A model generated the notes under the pieces. It was not told the origin of the DNA and did no database searches. It saw only the letters and a list, made by a program, of their open reading frames with translations. Shown here piece after piece: positions 1 through 9,328 of a stretch of 64,000 nt of DNA (the stretch's first letter is position 1; each line of letters begins with the position of its first letter). A program made the translations under genes and the position numbers. This stretch comes from Minisyncoccota bacterium (GTDB taxonomy: Bacteria > Patescibacteriota > Minisyncoccia > Minisyncoccales > JAQTVQ01), in NCBI GenBank assembly GCA_041657385.1, contig JBBABZ010000002.1:13516-77515 (forward strand). Reading direction: 5' to 3'.

Positions 1-195
1 AGATCGCGTCAAGAGCGGGGCAAGCTTCACGGAGAGGGCGATAATAGATAAAGCCATCTTGTTTATCGGAGATTTCGTGCTATAGTAAGTTTTGTTGATA
101 TTTGCCGGATTGATTTGCTCTATAAAAAGACATTTTTGCAGGCTGGTTCAATGCCAGCCTTTTAGTTGAAGTGTCCGTCCGGCAAAAAAACGGAT

Positions 196-1947
196 ATGGA
201 AAATGATAGGAATAAAATTTTAAAAAGCCTTTATAAAACCAGATCGGCCCCGATCAGGGAATCTTTGGTTTCCTTAAAAGAGGTCGCCAAATCTTATTTC
301 AGGACAAATCTTTTTTCCGGCGCGACCATGGCAATTAATTTTGATGATCGGATCGCCATCGCCGGACCGAATGGAACAGGCAAATCCACTTTATTAAAAA
401 TCATTGTCGGCTTGGAAACGCAAGATTCTGGAGGAATTGATAGGCATAGAGGGTTGAGGATCGGCTATCTGCCGCAAGAAACCCATTGGGATTCTTTAGA
501 CAACACTATTTTTGAAGAAGTGTATTCCGCTAATCCAGAAATGCACGACCTGATAACAAGAAAAAATTATTTTGAATCCAAGGAAAAGACAGAAAGCCTT
601 TCCGATAAGGAAACAGAAGAATTTTTTAGCGTTCTGGGAAAATACAATAAAAAAGAAGGTTACCGTTATGAAGAGATAATCAAGGAGCTGCTTAATGATT
701 TTGGCTTCAGGGAAGAATCCTGGCAGAGGAAAGTGGAGACTTTGAGCGGCGGCGAACGGACAAAATTGGCCTTGGCTAAAGTTTTAACTTCAAGGCCAAA
801 CCTTTTAGTTTTAGATGAGCCGACTAACCATTTGGATATCGAGACCATAGAGTGGCTGGAGAAATTTTTGAAGGAATGGGAAGGAGCCGTTGTTTGCGTT
901 GCCCATGACCGATACTTTTTGGATAAGATCTGCAATAAGATCTTTGAGCTGACAAAAAACGGGCTGGAAAAATACTATTGTTCTTATTCGGATTATATTA
1001 TAGAAAGGGAAAAACGGTTTGAAAAAAAAGAGGATGAATATTATCGCCAGCAGAGATATTTGAAAGAACAGCAGGAATTTATAAACAGATTTAGATCTAA
1101 GGCTTCAACCGCCAGCCGGGTGCAAAGCCGGATCAAGCAATTGGATAAAATAGAGATGAAGGAACTGCCGAAAGGCTACAAGGACATAAGGATCGGTTTT
1201 GATAAGGTGGAAAAAGTTTGTACTAGGGTGATGAAAATGGATGGTATAAAAATCGGCCCGGAAGGCAAAATTCTTTTTTCCGCTCCTGGAAAAGTGGAAG
1301 TTTTTTGGGGGAATAAGATCGGCGTTATCGGCCGTAATGGATTCGGAAAATCTACGCTTTTAAAAACTATTTTGAACAGGCAAGATCTTGGAGGAGGCAC
1401 CATCAAAATTAATGAAAATATAATCATAGGCTATTACGCCCAGGCGCACGAAGACCTCGATCCGAAAAAAGATATCATGGACGAGGTTTGCTCTAAGGCT
1501 TTGGAAAAAGGAGATAAAGTGAGAAAGGTTTTGGGCAGCCTGTTGTTCACGCAGGATGATGTTCTAAAAAAGATCAGCGAATTGAGCGGCGGAGAGAGGG
1601 CTCGTGTGGCTTTGGCCGAGTTGATTTTGCAAAATGTAAATTTTCTTTTGCTTGACGAGCCGACCAATCATTTGGATCTGCCCAGCAAGGAGATCATTAC
1701 GGATGTTTTGAAAAGATTTGAAGGAACGATCCTTTTAGTCTCGCATGACCGTTATATCCTTAACAACGTATGCGACCATATTTGGGAGATCAAAGATTGC
1801 AAAATGGAAATGCATATAGGGAATTATGATGACTACCGATACCATCTTGCCCATCCAGCCAATGAAGAACCGTTGAAGAAAAAGTTTTATGAGAAGACGG
1901 AAGAAGAGCGCGGAGTTGAAGATTATTTTTATTTTCCAGAAAATTAA
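196..1947 (+). CDS. ABC-F family ATPase (tandem ABC cassettes, no membrane domain)
   Basis: Two Walker A motifs (GPNGTGKST, GRNGFGKST), two LSGGER signatures, two DEPTNHLD Walker B regions and a charged linker between cassettes. The ORF track opens at TTG 166; the first ATG is at 196. Confidence 0.9.
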   Translation: MENDRNKILKSLYKTRSAPIRESLVSLKEVAKSYFRTNLFSGATMAINFDDRIAIAGPNGTGKSTLLKIIVGLETQDSGGIDRHRGLRIGYLPQETHWDSLDNTIFEEVYSANPEMHDLITRKNYFESKEKTESLSDKETEEFFSVLGKYNKKEGYRYEEIIKELLNDFGFREESWQRKVETLSGGERTKLALAKVLTSRPNLLVLDEPTNHLDIETIEWLEKFLKEWEGAVVCVAHDRYFLDKICNKIFELTKNGLEKYYCSYSDYIIEREKRFEKKEDEYYRQQRYLKEQQEFINRFRSKASTASRVQSRIKQLDKIEMKELPKGYKDIRIGFDKVEKVCTRVMKMDGIKIGPEGKILFSAPGKVEVFWGNKIGVIGRNGFGKSTLLKTILNRQDLGGGTIKINENIIIGYYAQAHEDLDPKKDIMDEVCSKALEKGDKVRKVLGSLLFTQDDVLKKISELSGGERARVALAELILQNVNFLLLDEPTNHLDLPSKEIITDVLKRFEGTILLVSHDRYILNNVCDHIWEIKDCKMEMHIGNYDDYRYHLAHPANEEPLKKKFYEKTEEERGVEDYFYFPEN

Positions 1948-2010
1948 TATTTTTTTTGGTGTAAAATATTATCGATTTTAACCAAGGATATTTTTTGCTA
2001 AGATGAAGCT

Positions 2011-2790
2011 ATGGAAAAATCGTTTAAGAAAGCGGTTTATATTTCTTTATTCGTTTTTTTAGGCATAGAGCTTCAGTTTTTGGTCTATTTTTTGATAGAA
2101 GCGGGGCATATTGCTTTGATGAATAATGATTTTCAAAAATACAGCCTGGGAATGTCTTTAGATTGGTGGCTTTCAGCTTATAGCATGGGCGCTATTGTTT
2201 TTTTCTTTTTGGGCGCTTTATTCGGATTTTTCCAAGGACAGCATTGGTGGGAGATCATTTATGAAAAATATGGAGAAAATGATTTTAGGCCAAGGAGGCT
2301 CCTTAAAAGAGAAGGCTTGAGGCTGGAAAAAGTTTTTGGAAATATTGGAAAAAAATATTTTGAAGTAAATAATTTTAAACTTGATTCCGGACAAATTGAT
2401 AATATCTGCGTCGGCCCTACGGGTATTTTTACAATTGAGATAAAAGAGAACAGGGGAATACTCGCTTATTACGACGGCCATCTTTTGGTGGAAGGCCGGA
2501 AGATGAAAGACGATTTTGTCGGAGAAGCGAAAAAAGAAGCGGATTTTTTGAGCGCTTTGATATCTAAAAAATTCGGGAAAAGATATTTTGTGGTGCCGAT
2601 GATCATTTTTCCGAACGCGGATGTGGACGAGTCTATGAATTTCAGGAAAGACGATGTTTGGATAGGAGATAAAGGGTTTCAGAATTATGTGATCAAGAAA
2701 AGCAACTATTTCGTTCCAAAGGAAGATGTTTTGAAAATAGTAGAATTTTTAAAGAAAGAAAAAACAAAATATAAAAAAGATGAAAAATAA
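2011..2790 (+). CDS. Membrane-anchored NERD (nuclease-related domain) protein
   Basis: Two N-terminal hydrophobic helices, then a NERD-like core (IDNICVGPTGIFTIEIKENRG...LLVEGRK). Confidence 0.6.
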   Translation: MEKSFKKAVYISLFVFLGIELQFLVYFLIEAGHIALMNNDFQKYSLGMSLDWWLSAYSMGAIVFFFLGALFGFFQGQHWWEIIYEKYGENDFRPRRLLKREGLRLEKVFGNIGKKYFEVNNFKLDSGQIDNICVGPTGIFTIEIKENRGILAYYDGHLLVEGRKMKDDFVGEAKKEADFLSALISKKFGKRYFVVPMIIFPNADVDESMNFRKDDVWIGDKGFQNYVIKKSNYFVPKEDVLKIVEFLKKEKTKYKKDEK

Positions 2791-4045
2791 AAAACAGGAA
2801 TTTGATATAGCCGTCGTCGGCGGCGGGCCGGCTGGAATGATAGCCGCGATCAGAGCGGCGGAGCTGGGAGCGAAAACAGTTTTAATTGAAAAGAATAAAG
2901 GCTTGGGAGAGAAGCTGCTTTTGACTGGAAACGGCCGCTGTAATTTAACCAACGCTGAGTTTGATCTGAAAAAATTAGTAAGCCATTACGGTAAAAAAGG
3001 CTCCTTTCTCTTCCATGTTTTTTCCGTTTTCGGTCCGAAGGAAACCATTGCCTTTTTTAACAAGATCGGGATTAAAACGAAGACTGAAGGGAAGAATAGG
3101 GTTTTTCCGGCAAGCAATAGCGCGGCTGATGTTTTGGAATTGATGTTTAGAGAGATAAAAAATAACAAAGTTGTTGTTCTATGCAATGCGGAAGTTAAAG
3201 ATATTGTCTGCGAGAAAGGATCAATTAAAAAAATTGTTTTAAGCGAAGGTGAAATAACCGCCCGAAACTATATTTTTTGCACTGGCGGCAAATCCTATCC
3301 TTTGACCGGTTCCAGCGGGGAGGTTTTTCAGATGATCGAAAAAACGGGGCATAAGATCAGCGCCCTTGAACCGGCATTGGTTCCGATCAAAATAAAAGAA
3401 GATTGGATCAAAGAGCTGCAGGGATTGAGCTTGGAAAATGTCGGCATCAGTATTTGGCAATCCGGCAAGAAAATAAAAACCGTAATAGGAGATTGCTTGT
3501 TCACCCATTTCGGCTTAAGCGGTCCGGCTGTTATCGACTTGAGCCGGACTGTCGGAGATCTGTTAAAAATTGGAGAAGTGAAAATTTTCATAGATTTGAA
3601 CCCAGCTTTAAGCCGGGACCAGTTAGAAGAGAAGATCAATGACAATTTTAAAAATTATCATAATAAAAGCTTGAAAAATTGTTTGGCTGATTTTCCGCCG
3701 CGCAAAATGGTTTTAGCCATTGCCAGACTTTCAGGCATTGATCCGGAGAGAAAAGTGAACGGACTGACCAAGGAAGAGCGCGGCCGGCTGTTTCTTTTAT
3801 TGAAAAAAATAGAGCTGACTGTGGAATCCCTTTTGGGATTTGATTTGGCCATGGCTACTAGCGGCGGAGTTTCGCTGGAAGAGATAGACGACAAAACAAT
3901 GAGATCAAAAATTATCAGTAATTTATTTTTTGCCGGAGAGATCATCGATATCGACGGGGAAACAGGAGGCTTTAATTTGCAGAATTGCTGGAGCACCGGA
4001 TACTTGGCCGGCCAAAGCGCTGCCGGATTTTTAAAAAATAAATAA
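2780..4045 (+). CDS. HI0933/YhiN/BaiN-like FAD-dependent flavoprotein
   Basis: N-terminal DIAVVGGGPAGMIAA dinucleotide-binding motif followed by LLLTGNGRCNLTN, and a C-terminal GEIIDIDGETGGFNLQ region typical of this family. Confidence 0.8.
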   Translation: MKNKKQEFDIAVVGGGPAGMIAAIRAAELGAKTVLIEKNKGLGEKLLLTGNGRCNLTNAEFDLKKLVSHYGKKGSFLFHVFSVFGPKETIAFFNKIGIKTKTEGKNRVFPASNSAADVLELMFREIKNNKVVVLCNAEVKDIVCEKGSIKKIVLSEGEITARNYIFCTGGKSYPLTGSSGEVFQMIEKTGHKISALEPALVPIKIKEDWIKELQGLSLENVGISIWQSGKKIKTVIGDCLFTHFGLSGPAVIDLSRTVGDLLKIGEVKIFIDLNPALSRDQLEEKINDNFKNYHNKSLKNCLADFPPRKMVLAIARLSGIDPERKVNGLTKEERGRLFLLLKKIELTVESLLGFDLAMATSGGVSLEEIDDKTMRSKIISNLFFAGEIIDIDGETGGFNLQNCWSTGYLAGQSAAGFLKNK

Positions 4046-4059
4046 TATTTTTTAAATTT

Positions 4060-4800
4060 ATGGCTCAAGAAAAAAATAATTCAAGCGAACATCAAAACAA
4101 CGGCGAAATTAAAATCGCCAAGAACGGACCGTATTTGGTGTCCGGGAGTTTGCCTTTAAAAAAAGAAATGATAGCCGTTGATGAGAACGGCGATTCAGGC
4201 GCATGGAAAAAGGGAGATGAATATCCTAAACAGGAAAAATATGCGTTGTGCCGTTGCGGTCATTCCAAAAATAAACCTTTTTGCGACGGGACTCATGCCA
4301 AGATAGGCTTTGACGGAACGGAAACCGCCAGCAAGGAAAACTATTCAGACCAATGCGAAAAGATTCTTGGGCCGGAGTTGGACCTGGATGATGTACCTGA
4401 TCTTTGCTCTCGGGCTCGTTTTTGCCACAATAAATTCAACGATGTTTGGGATAATACTCAAAAGTCTGACGATCCTGGCTTAAAGAAAACCGCCGTTGAG
4501 CAATCTTGCAATTGCCCTTCGGGCAGGCTGGTGGCGATAAATAAAAAAACAGGGGAGCAGATAGAGCCGAAATTTGAGCAGTCGATCAGCTTGGTCGAAG
4601 ATCCTGCTAAAAAAGTTAGCGGGCCGATCTGGGCCAAGGGAGGGATTTTGATAGAATCAGCGGATGGAACAAAATACGAGATCAGGAATCGCGTTACCTT
4701 ATGCCGTTGCGGCAAATCCAGCAATAAGCCTTTTTGTGACGGATGCCATATCGATAATAGCTTCAATGACGGGGATGGGAGTTTAGGCTTGACAAAATAA
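4060..4800 (+). CDS. CDGSH iron-sulfur domain protein (two CDGSH motifs)
   Basis: CRCGHSKNKPFCDGTH and CRCGKSSNKPFCDGCH motifs. Confidence 0.85.
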   Translation: MAQEKNNSSEHQNNGEIKIAKNGPYLVSGSLPLKKEMIAVDENGDSGAWKKGDEYPKQEKYALCRCGHSKNKPFCDGTHAKIGFDGTETASKENYSDQCEKILGPELDLDDVPDLCSRARFCHNKFNDVWDNTQKSDDPGLKKTAVEQSCNCPSGRLVAINKKTGEQIEPKFEQSISLVEDPAKKVSGPIWAKGGILIESADGTKYEIRNRVTLCRCGKSSNKPFCDGCHIDNSFNDGDGSLGLTK

Positions 4801-4817
4801 TAAAAATATAATATAAT
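4789..4817 (+). promoter_or_regulatory. Consensus sigma70-type promoter (TTGACA-N17-TATAAT)
   Basis: TTGACA at 4789-4794, an exact 17-nt spacer, TATAAT at 4812-4817. It overlaps the stop codon of the CDGSH gene and points at the leader of the DEAD-box helicase gene. Confidence 0.6.
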
Positions 4818-4850
4818 TTTAGTATAAATAATTGAGATTATATATTTTTC

Positions 4851-4969
4851 AAAAAGCGAAACCTTTCTTTGTTAAAAATATTCGATCTCACACCTTAAGC
4901 GAGGTTGAATATTCCGGCTGAAAAGTCGGTCTGTTATTCAGAGTTAACAAAAAGAGGCTTCGCTTTTTT
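4851..4969 (+). promoter_or_regulatory. Large structured leader element / candidate attenuator or sRNA 3' end
   Basis: Arms 4851-4875 (aaaaagcgaaacctttctttgttaa) and 4944-4969 (ttaacaaaaagaggcttcgctttttt) are near-complementary. They enclose smaller hairpins (aatattc...gaatatt, ccggc...tcgg, tctg...caga), and the 3' arm ends in a T6 run. Confidence 0.45.
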
Positions 4970-5124
4970 ATTGGGGCAATACTCCGCATGTTACGCATCG
5001 GGGAAATGCGCCAAAAGGATCATTCGCTTGGAAGGAAACTATTTTATAATAGTTTCTTGAAGAGCTGGCAAAGTATGCGGCAATGAAATTGCTGAAGCAT
5101 ATCTAAAAAAAGCCAAAACAATCT

Positions 5125-6378
5125 ATGCAGACAAGAACATTTTCTAGAAACAGCCAAAGATCCGGATCTCGTTCCGGAGGCCGTTCAGATTTTAGAAGGG
5201 GAGGATCATCTTCGGGCAGCCGCGGCGGATTTTCCGGTAAAGGAAGATTCAGCGGGAACAAATTAGATATCGCTAGATTTATTCAAAAGAATGAAGCGGA
5301 AATAAGAAATCATCCCGTGAAAGATGAGGAAGTTTATAAACCGGTTCATAAGTTCGCCGATTTTAAAATTGAGAACGATCTAAAAAATAACATCGCCAAG
5401 AAAGGGTACAATGATCCTACTCCGATCCAAGACCAGGTGATCCCGTTGCTTTTGCAAGGCAAGGATGTCGTGGGCATTGCTAATACCGGCCAAGGAAAAA
5501 CAGCTGCTTTTTTGATCCCCGCGATCAACAACATTCTTTTGCATCGCGAGAATAAAACCATTATCATTGTCCCGACCAGAGAGCTGGCTTTACAGATAGA
5601 AAAAGAATTCAAAGATTTCAGCTTTGGCTTGAGAGTTTATGCCGTGACTTGTATCGGCGGCACAGGAATTAGAAATCAATTTTATGGCCTCAAGAGAGGA
5701 TATGATTTTATTATCGGAACTCCAGGAAGAATCAAGGACTTAGTTCAAAGAAGAGCTTTGGATATGTCTAAGATGAAAACAGTGGTTTTGGACGAAGCCG
5801 ACAGAATGCTTGATATGGGTTTTGTGGATGAAATTAAATTTTTGATCAACCAAATGCCGGCGGATAGGCAGACTCTTTTCTTTTCGGCGACTTTTCCGAG
5901 CGCTATAGAGCAGCTTGCCAGCAAATTCACCAAGAATCCGGTCAAGATCTCGGTTAAAACCCGTGAGATGCCCTTGAATATCACCCATGAAGTCATCAAG
6001 ACGGGCGGAGATAAAGGCAGGAAGATGGAAAAATTGTGCGAGTTATTGGCTGGGGAAGATTTCAGCAAGGTTCTCATTTTCGGCAGGACCAAATGGGGAG
6101 TGGAAAGCCTTTCCGAAGATTTATCCGAAAGAGGATTCAAGGCTGAATCTATCCATGGCGGGAAAACCCAGTCCAATAGGCAAAAAGCTCTCGGTTTTTT
6201 CAAAGCGAACCAAGTTAAGATCTTAGTGGCCACTGATGTGGCAGCCAGAGGGCTGGATATCGACAATGTCACTCATGTGATTAACTACGATGTCCCCGCT
6301 ACTTACGATGACTATATCCATCGTATCGGCAGGACCGGCAGATGCCAGAATAAAGGCAGCGCCATTACTTTTATCTAA
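5125..6378 (+). CDS. DEAD-box ATP-dependent RNA helicase with N-terminal RGG/Ser-rich tail
   Basis: Q-motif region (GYNDPTPIQ), AxTGxGKT (ANTGQGKTAAF), PTRELA, DEAD (VLDEADRML), SAT, HRIGRTGR. Confidence 0.93.
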   Translation: MQTRTFSRNSQRSGSRSGGRSDFRRGGSSSGSRGGFSGKGRFSGNKLDIARFIQKNEAEIRNHPVKDEEVYKPVHKFADFKIENDLKNNIAKKGYNDPTPIQDQVIPLLLQGKDVVGIANTGQGKTAAFLIPAINNILLHRENKTIIIVPTRELALQIEKEFKDFSFGLRVYAVTCIGGTGIRNQFYGLKRGYDFIIGTPGRIKDLVQRRALDMSKMKTVVLDEADRMLDMGFVDEIKFLINQMPADRQTLFFSATFPSAIEQLASKFTKNPVKISVKTREMPLNITHEVIKTGGDKGRKMEKLCELLAGEDFSKVLIFGRTKWGVESLSEDLSERGFKAESIHGGKTQSNRQKALGFFKANQVKILVATDVAARGLDIDNVTHVINYDVPATYDDYIHRIGRTGRCQNKGSAITFI

Positions 6379-6385
6379 GAGCAGG

Positions 6386-6411
6386 AAAGAAGCCGAAAGG
6401 CTTCTTTTTTT
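6386..6411 (+). terminator. Rho-independent terminator after the helicase gene
   Basis: aaagaagcc-gaaa-ggcttcttt stem-loop followed by a T run. Confidence 0.7.
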
Positions 6412-6525
6412 GTTGGTGAAAAACAAGATGGAAAATGTTGCGAGGTTAAGTGTGGATTTAACGGCCTTTGGTCCCTATTTTTTTAATGGTATAATTATTT
6501 TTAATAATTAGTTTAATCAATTGCC

Positions 6526-8751
6526 ATGCCAGTATCTTTTTTATTGTTTGCAGGGATAGTATTTACTTTTCTTTATTTGAAATCGCGTATCAATAATCTG
6601 GAAAAAAGGCTTGGCCAGGAGCAGCGGCCATCGCCATTTCCGGCGAGTGGTATTTCCGAGGCCGTTGGAGCAGGAGGCTATAGAAATATGAAGGAAGCGC
6701 TGCAAGATCAAACGCTGCTTTCGCCAGTCCAAAGCGAGCCGGATTTGCCGATGCCTTTGCCAGCCGCGGCCAGTATCGTCGAAAAACCGCAAGAAAAAAA
6801 TAAAGAAGGGCTTGAGCTTAAGTTCGGCAGCAAGGTCTTTACAGCTGTTGGAGCGGTCGCCATAATTTTTGCGATCGGATTTTTTCTTCGTTATGCTTTT
6901 GAGAACGGTCTTATAAGCGAAACAGCGCGTATTTTCTTAGGACTATTGGCTGGAACGGCCCTTTTGGCATTAGGAGAATTGACGAGAAAGAAATTTTCGA
7001 GCTATAGCCAGGTAGTTACCGGCAGCGGTTTGGGAGTTTTGTATTTGTCGCTTTACGCCGCTTTCAATTTCTACCACATTGTCAGCCAGCCATTCGCTTT
7101 TATCGCGATGGCCGCGGTAACTGTTATGGGTATCTTATTATCGTTGCGGTATAATTCAACGACCTTGGCTTGCTTCGCCCAATTCGGCGGATTGATCACT
7201 CCTTTGCTTCTTTCGACCGGAGAGAACATTCCGCATGTTCTTTTCCCTTATTTAGTTTTGCTTAACATGGGAGCGGCTTACATTTCTTATAAAAAATTGT
7301 GGAGAATGCTTACTCTTGAAAGTTTTTTGGGAACGGTTTTTCTTTATTCGTTGTGGTTTGTTAGATTTTATGAACCAACCCAGTTCGCCGTTGCTGTATT
7401 TTATTCCGCTCTTTTTTTCTTTATATTTTTGGCCGTTTCTTTCATTCAAAATTCAGGCAGGAAATCGGGCCAGGACTCTTTCGATCTCGGCCTCACGACC
7501 GCCAATCCTGGTTTATACTTTTTGGCAAGCTTCACGATAATGAATCAAAGCTACCCCGACTATGCCGGTCTTTTTACTTTTTTACTTGGTTCTTTTTATC
7601 TTCTACTGGCATTTACGGCTGGATCAAAAGAAAGAACTTCCGATCTTTTCCATAAGTTTCTTATAGCGATCGGATTTGTTCTTTTAGTGGTTGCCGTGCC
7701 TGTCCAATTCCACAAATCTTGGATTACAATAGGCTGGGCCGCTGAAGCTTTGGCTTTGGCCTATCTTGGCTTCAAATTGCGCTTTGCTTTTGTGAGGATG
7801 CTGGGACAATGCGCTTTTTTCCTTTCGATCTTCCGTTTGTTTCTTTTTGAAAGGGGGATGTTAGGAGATGAAATAGCCTTTTTCAATGTTCGATTTTTGA
7901 TCTTCCTTTCCGTTTTCGCTGCTTTGTCTCTTGCAGCCTATATCTATTGGCGCCGCAAAGCGGAGATCGGAGAAGAGGAAAAAGTATTTTTTTCCATTTT
8001 GCTTGTTGAGGCCGCAATTGTCATCATTTCCATTTTTAGTTTTGAGGTTGAAACTTTTTTCAAAGAATTTTGGCTGCCGATCGTTTGGTCGGCTGGAGGC
8101 TTGCTTGCCGGCTGGATAGCTTCCAAATTAAAGGATGCACCTTTGCGCTGTATAGCTTATATCCTTTTCATTTTTGCTTTTTTCCGCCTGTTGTTTTTTG
8201 AAGGAAGAGCGAACATTGCGGCTTACGCTCCGTTTTTTAACGGACGGGTCTTGGCTTTTCTTCTGTCTGCCGCAGCCATGAGAATGTTTTTAATGGTGCT
8301 TAAAAATAGAAGAGACGAAGATGGCAGCGGAGAGGATGAGATCGTAAAGCCGATATTGTTTTCCGCCTTTCATTTTCTTTTACTTTGGGTCATCAGCGCC
8401 GAGGCGCTTGATTATTTCAATAAGCAGATATACGGGCTTACCGTCCAGGAAAGGATCGCGCAGGGAAATTATTTTACCAACATTAAAAATGTTTCTTTGT
8501 CGGTTATCTGGGCGGTTTACGGCATAGCGCTTTCTATAGCCGGCATAATCAAAAAATCGACATACGAAAGATTCCTTGCAATTTTTTTGTTGGGAATAGT
8601 GATATTAAAAGTATTTTTGTTCGATACATCAAACTTGAATAATTTTTACCGTTTCGTTTCTTTCATCACTTTAGGGTGCATTCTGCTTCTGGCCGGCTAT
8701 TTGTATTACCGTTTTAGCGATCGCATTTCTAAGTTCGTCCAAGGCAAGTAA
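6526..8751 (+). CDS. Large polytopic membrane protein, DUF2339-like
   Basis: 741 aa. One N-terminal helix, a Pro-rich linker, then about 20 hydrophobic helices in repeated blocks. The family assignment is from recall of that architecture, not a search. Confidence 0.5.
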   Translation: MPVSFLLFAGIVFTFLYLKSRINNLEKRLGQEQRPSPFPASGISEAVGAGGYRNMKEALQDQTLLSPVQSEPDLPMPLPAAASIVEKPQEKNKEGLELKFGSKVFTAVGAVAIIFAIGFFLRYAFENGLISETARIFLGLLAGTALLALGELTRKKFSSYSQVVTGSGLGVLYLSLYAAFNFYHIVSQPFAFIAMAAVTVMGILLSLRYNSTTLACFAQFGGLITPLLLSTGENIPHVLFPYLVLLNMGAAYISYKKLWRMLTLESFLGTVFLYSLWFVRFYEPTQFAVAVFYSALFFFIFLAVSFIQNSGRKSGQDSFDLGLTTANPGLYFLASFTIMNQSYPDYAGLFTFLLGSFYLLLAFTAGSKERTSDLFHKFLIAIGFVLLVVAVPVQFHKSWITIGWAAEALALAYLGFKLRFAFVRMLGQCAFFLSIFRLFLFERGMLGDEIAFFNVRFLIFLSVFAALSLAAYIYWRRKAEIGEEEKVFFSILLVEAAIVIISIFSFEVETFFKEFWLPIVWSAGGLLAGWIASKLKDAPLRCIAYILFIFAFFRLLFFEGRANIAAYAPFFNGRVLAFLLSAAAMRMFLMVLKNRRDEDGSGEDEIVKPILFSAFHFLLLWVISAEALDYFNKQIYGLTVQERIAQGNYFTNIKNVSLSVIWAVYGIALSIAGIIKKSTYERFLAIFLLGIVILKVFLFDTSNLNNFYRFVSFITLGCILLLAGYLYYRFSDRISKFVQGK

Positions 8752-8773
8752 TTTTTTGAGAAATAAAGTGGAG

Positions 8774-9328
8774 ATGAAAGGTTTAGGATTTTTTAAGGAG
8801 AATAAACTGTTCATAGCGATCATTATAGCCGGCTTTACGATCGGAGGGTTTATTTATTCCGCTGCAAAATCGATCCGACCGGAAAGCGGCACAGAAACTT
8901 TTTTATCCGAAGGTTCAGCGGGCGCCCAGCTAGCCAACAGCCAAAGTTCCTCTTGGGAGGCCTCCACCTCTCAAGAACAAAGCGGCAGCGCTCTTATTGT
9001 CCGAGAAGAAGGATCATCGTCCGCAGCCGCGCAAGGAGGAAGCTGCGTATCTTATACTGATGCCGGAAATTTTGTCGGAGAGAATAAATGCGTTTTTGGA
9101 AAAGTGGATAATGTTTATATGTCTTCAGGCGGGACTACGTTCCTTGATTTCTGTCCGGATTACAAAACTTGCCCTTTCAGTGCCGTGATATTCAAGCCTG
9201 ATTCTTTTAACTTTACGGATTTAAAACAGTACCAGGGAAAAACGATCGAGATAACCGGATTGGTCAAAACTTATCAAGGCCGGCCGGAAATTATTTTAAA
9301 AGATGCGAGCCAAATTAAAATTAAATAA
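8774..9328 (+). CDS. Membrane-anchored/secreted protein with Ser-rich linker and C-terminal Cys-containing OB-fold-like domain
   Basis: N-terminal TM helix, an S/Q/A-rich linker and a C-terminal ...GKTIEITGLVKTYQGRPEIILKD... region resembling nucleic-acid-binding OB domains found next to nucleases. ATG at 8774; the ORF track opens at TTG 8756. Confidence 0.45.
   Translation: MKGLGFFKENKLFIAIIIAGFTIGGFIYSAAKSIRPESGTETFLSEGSAGAQLANSQSSSWEASTSQEQSGSALIVREEGSSSAAAQGGSCVSYTDAGNFVGENKCVFGKVDNVYMSSGGTTFLDFCPDYKTCPFSAVIFKPDSFNFTDLKQYQGKTIEITGLVKTYQGRPEIILKDASQIKIK

Noticed and set aside
5745-6272. 175-aa minus-strand ORF (and other 60-110-aa ORFs inside the helicase gene)
   Set aside because: They are antisense or out of frame within the DEAD-box helicase CDS, which carries all the helicase motifs.
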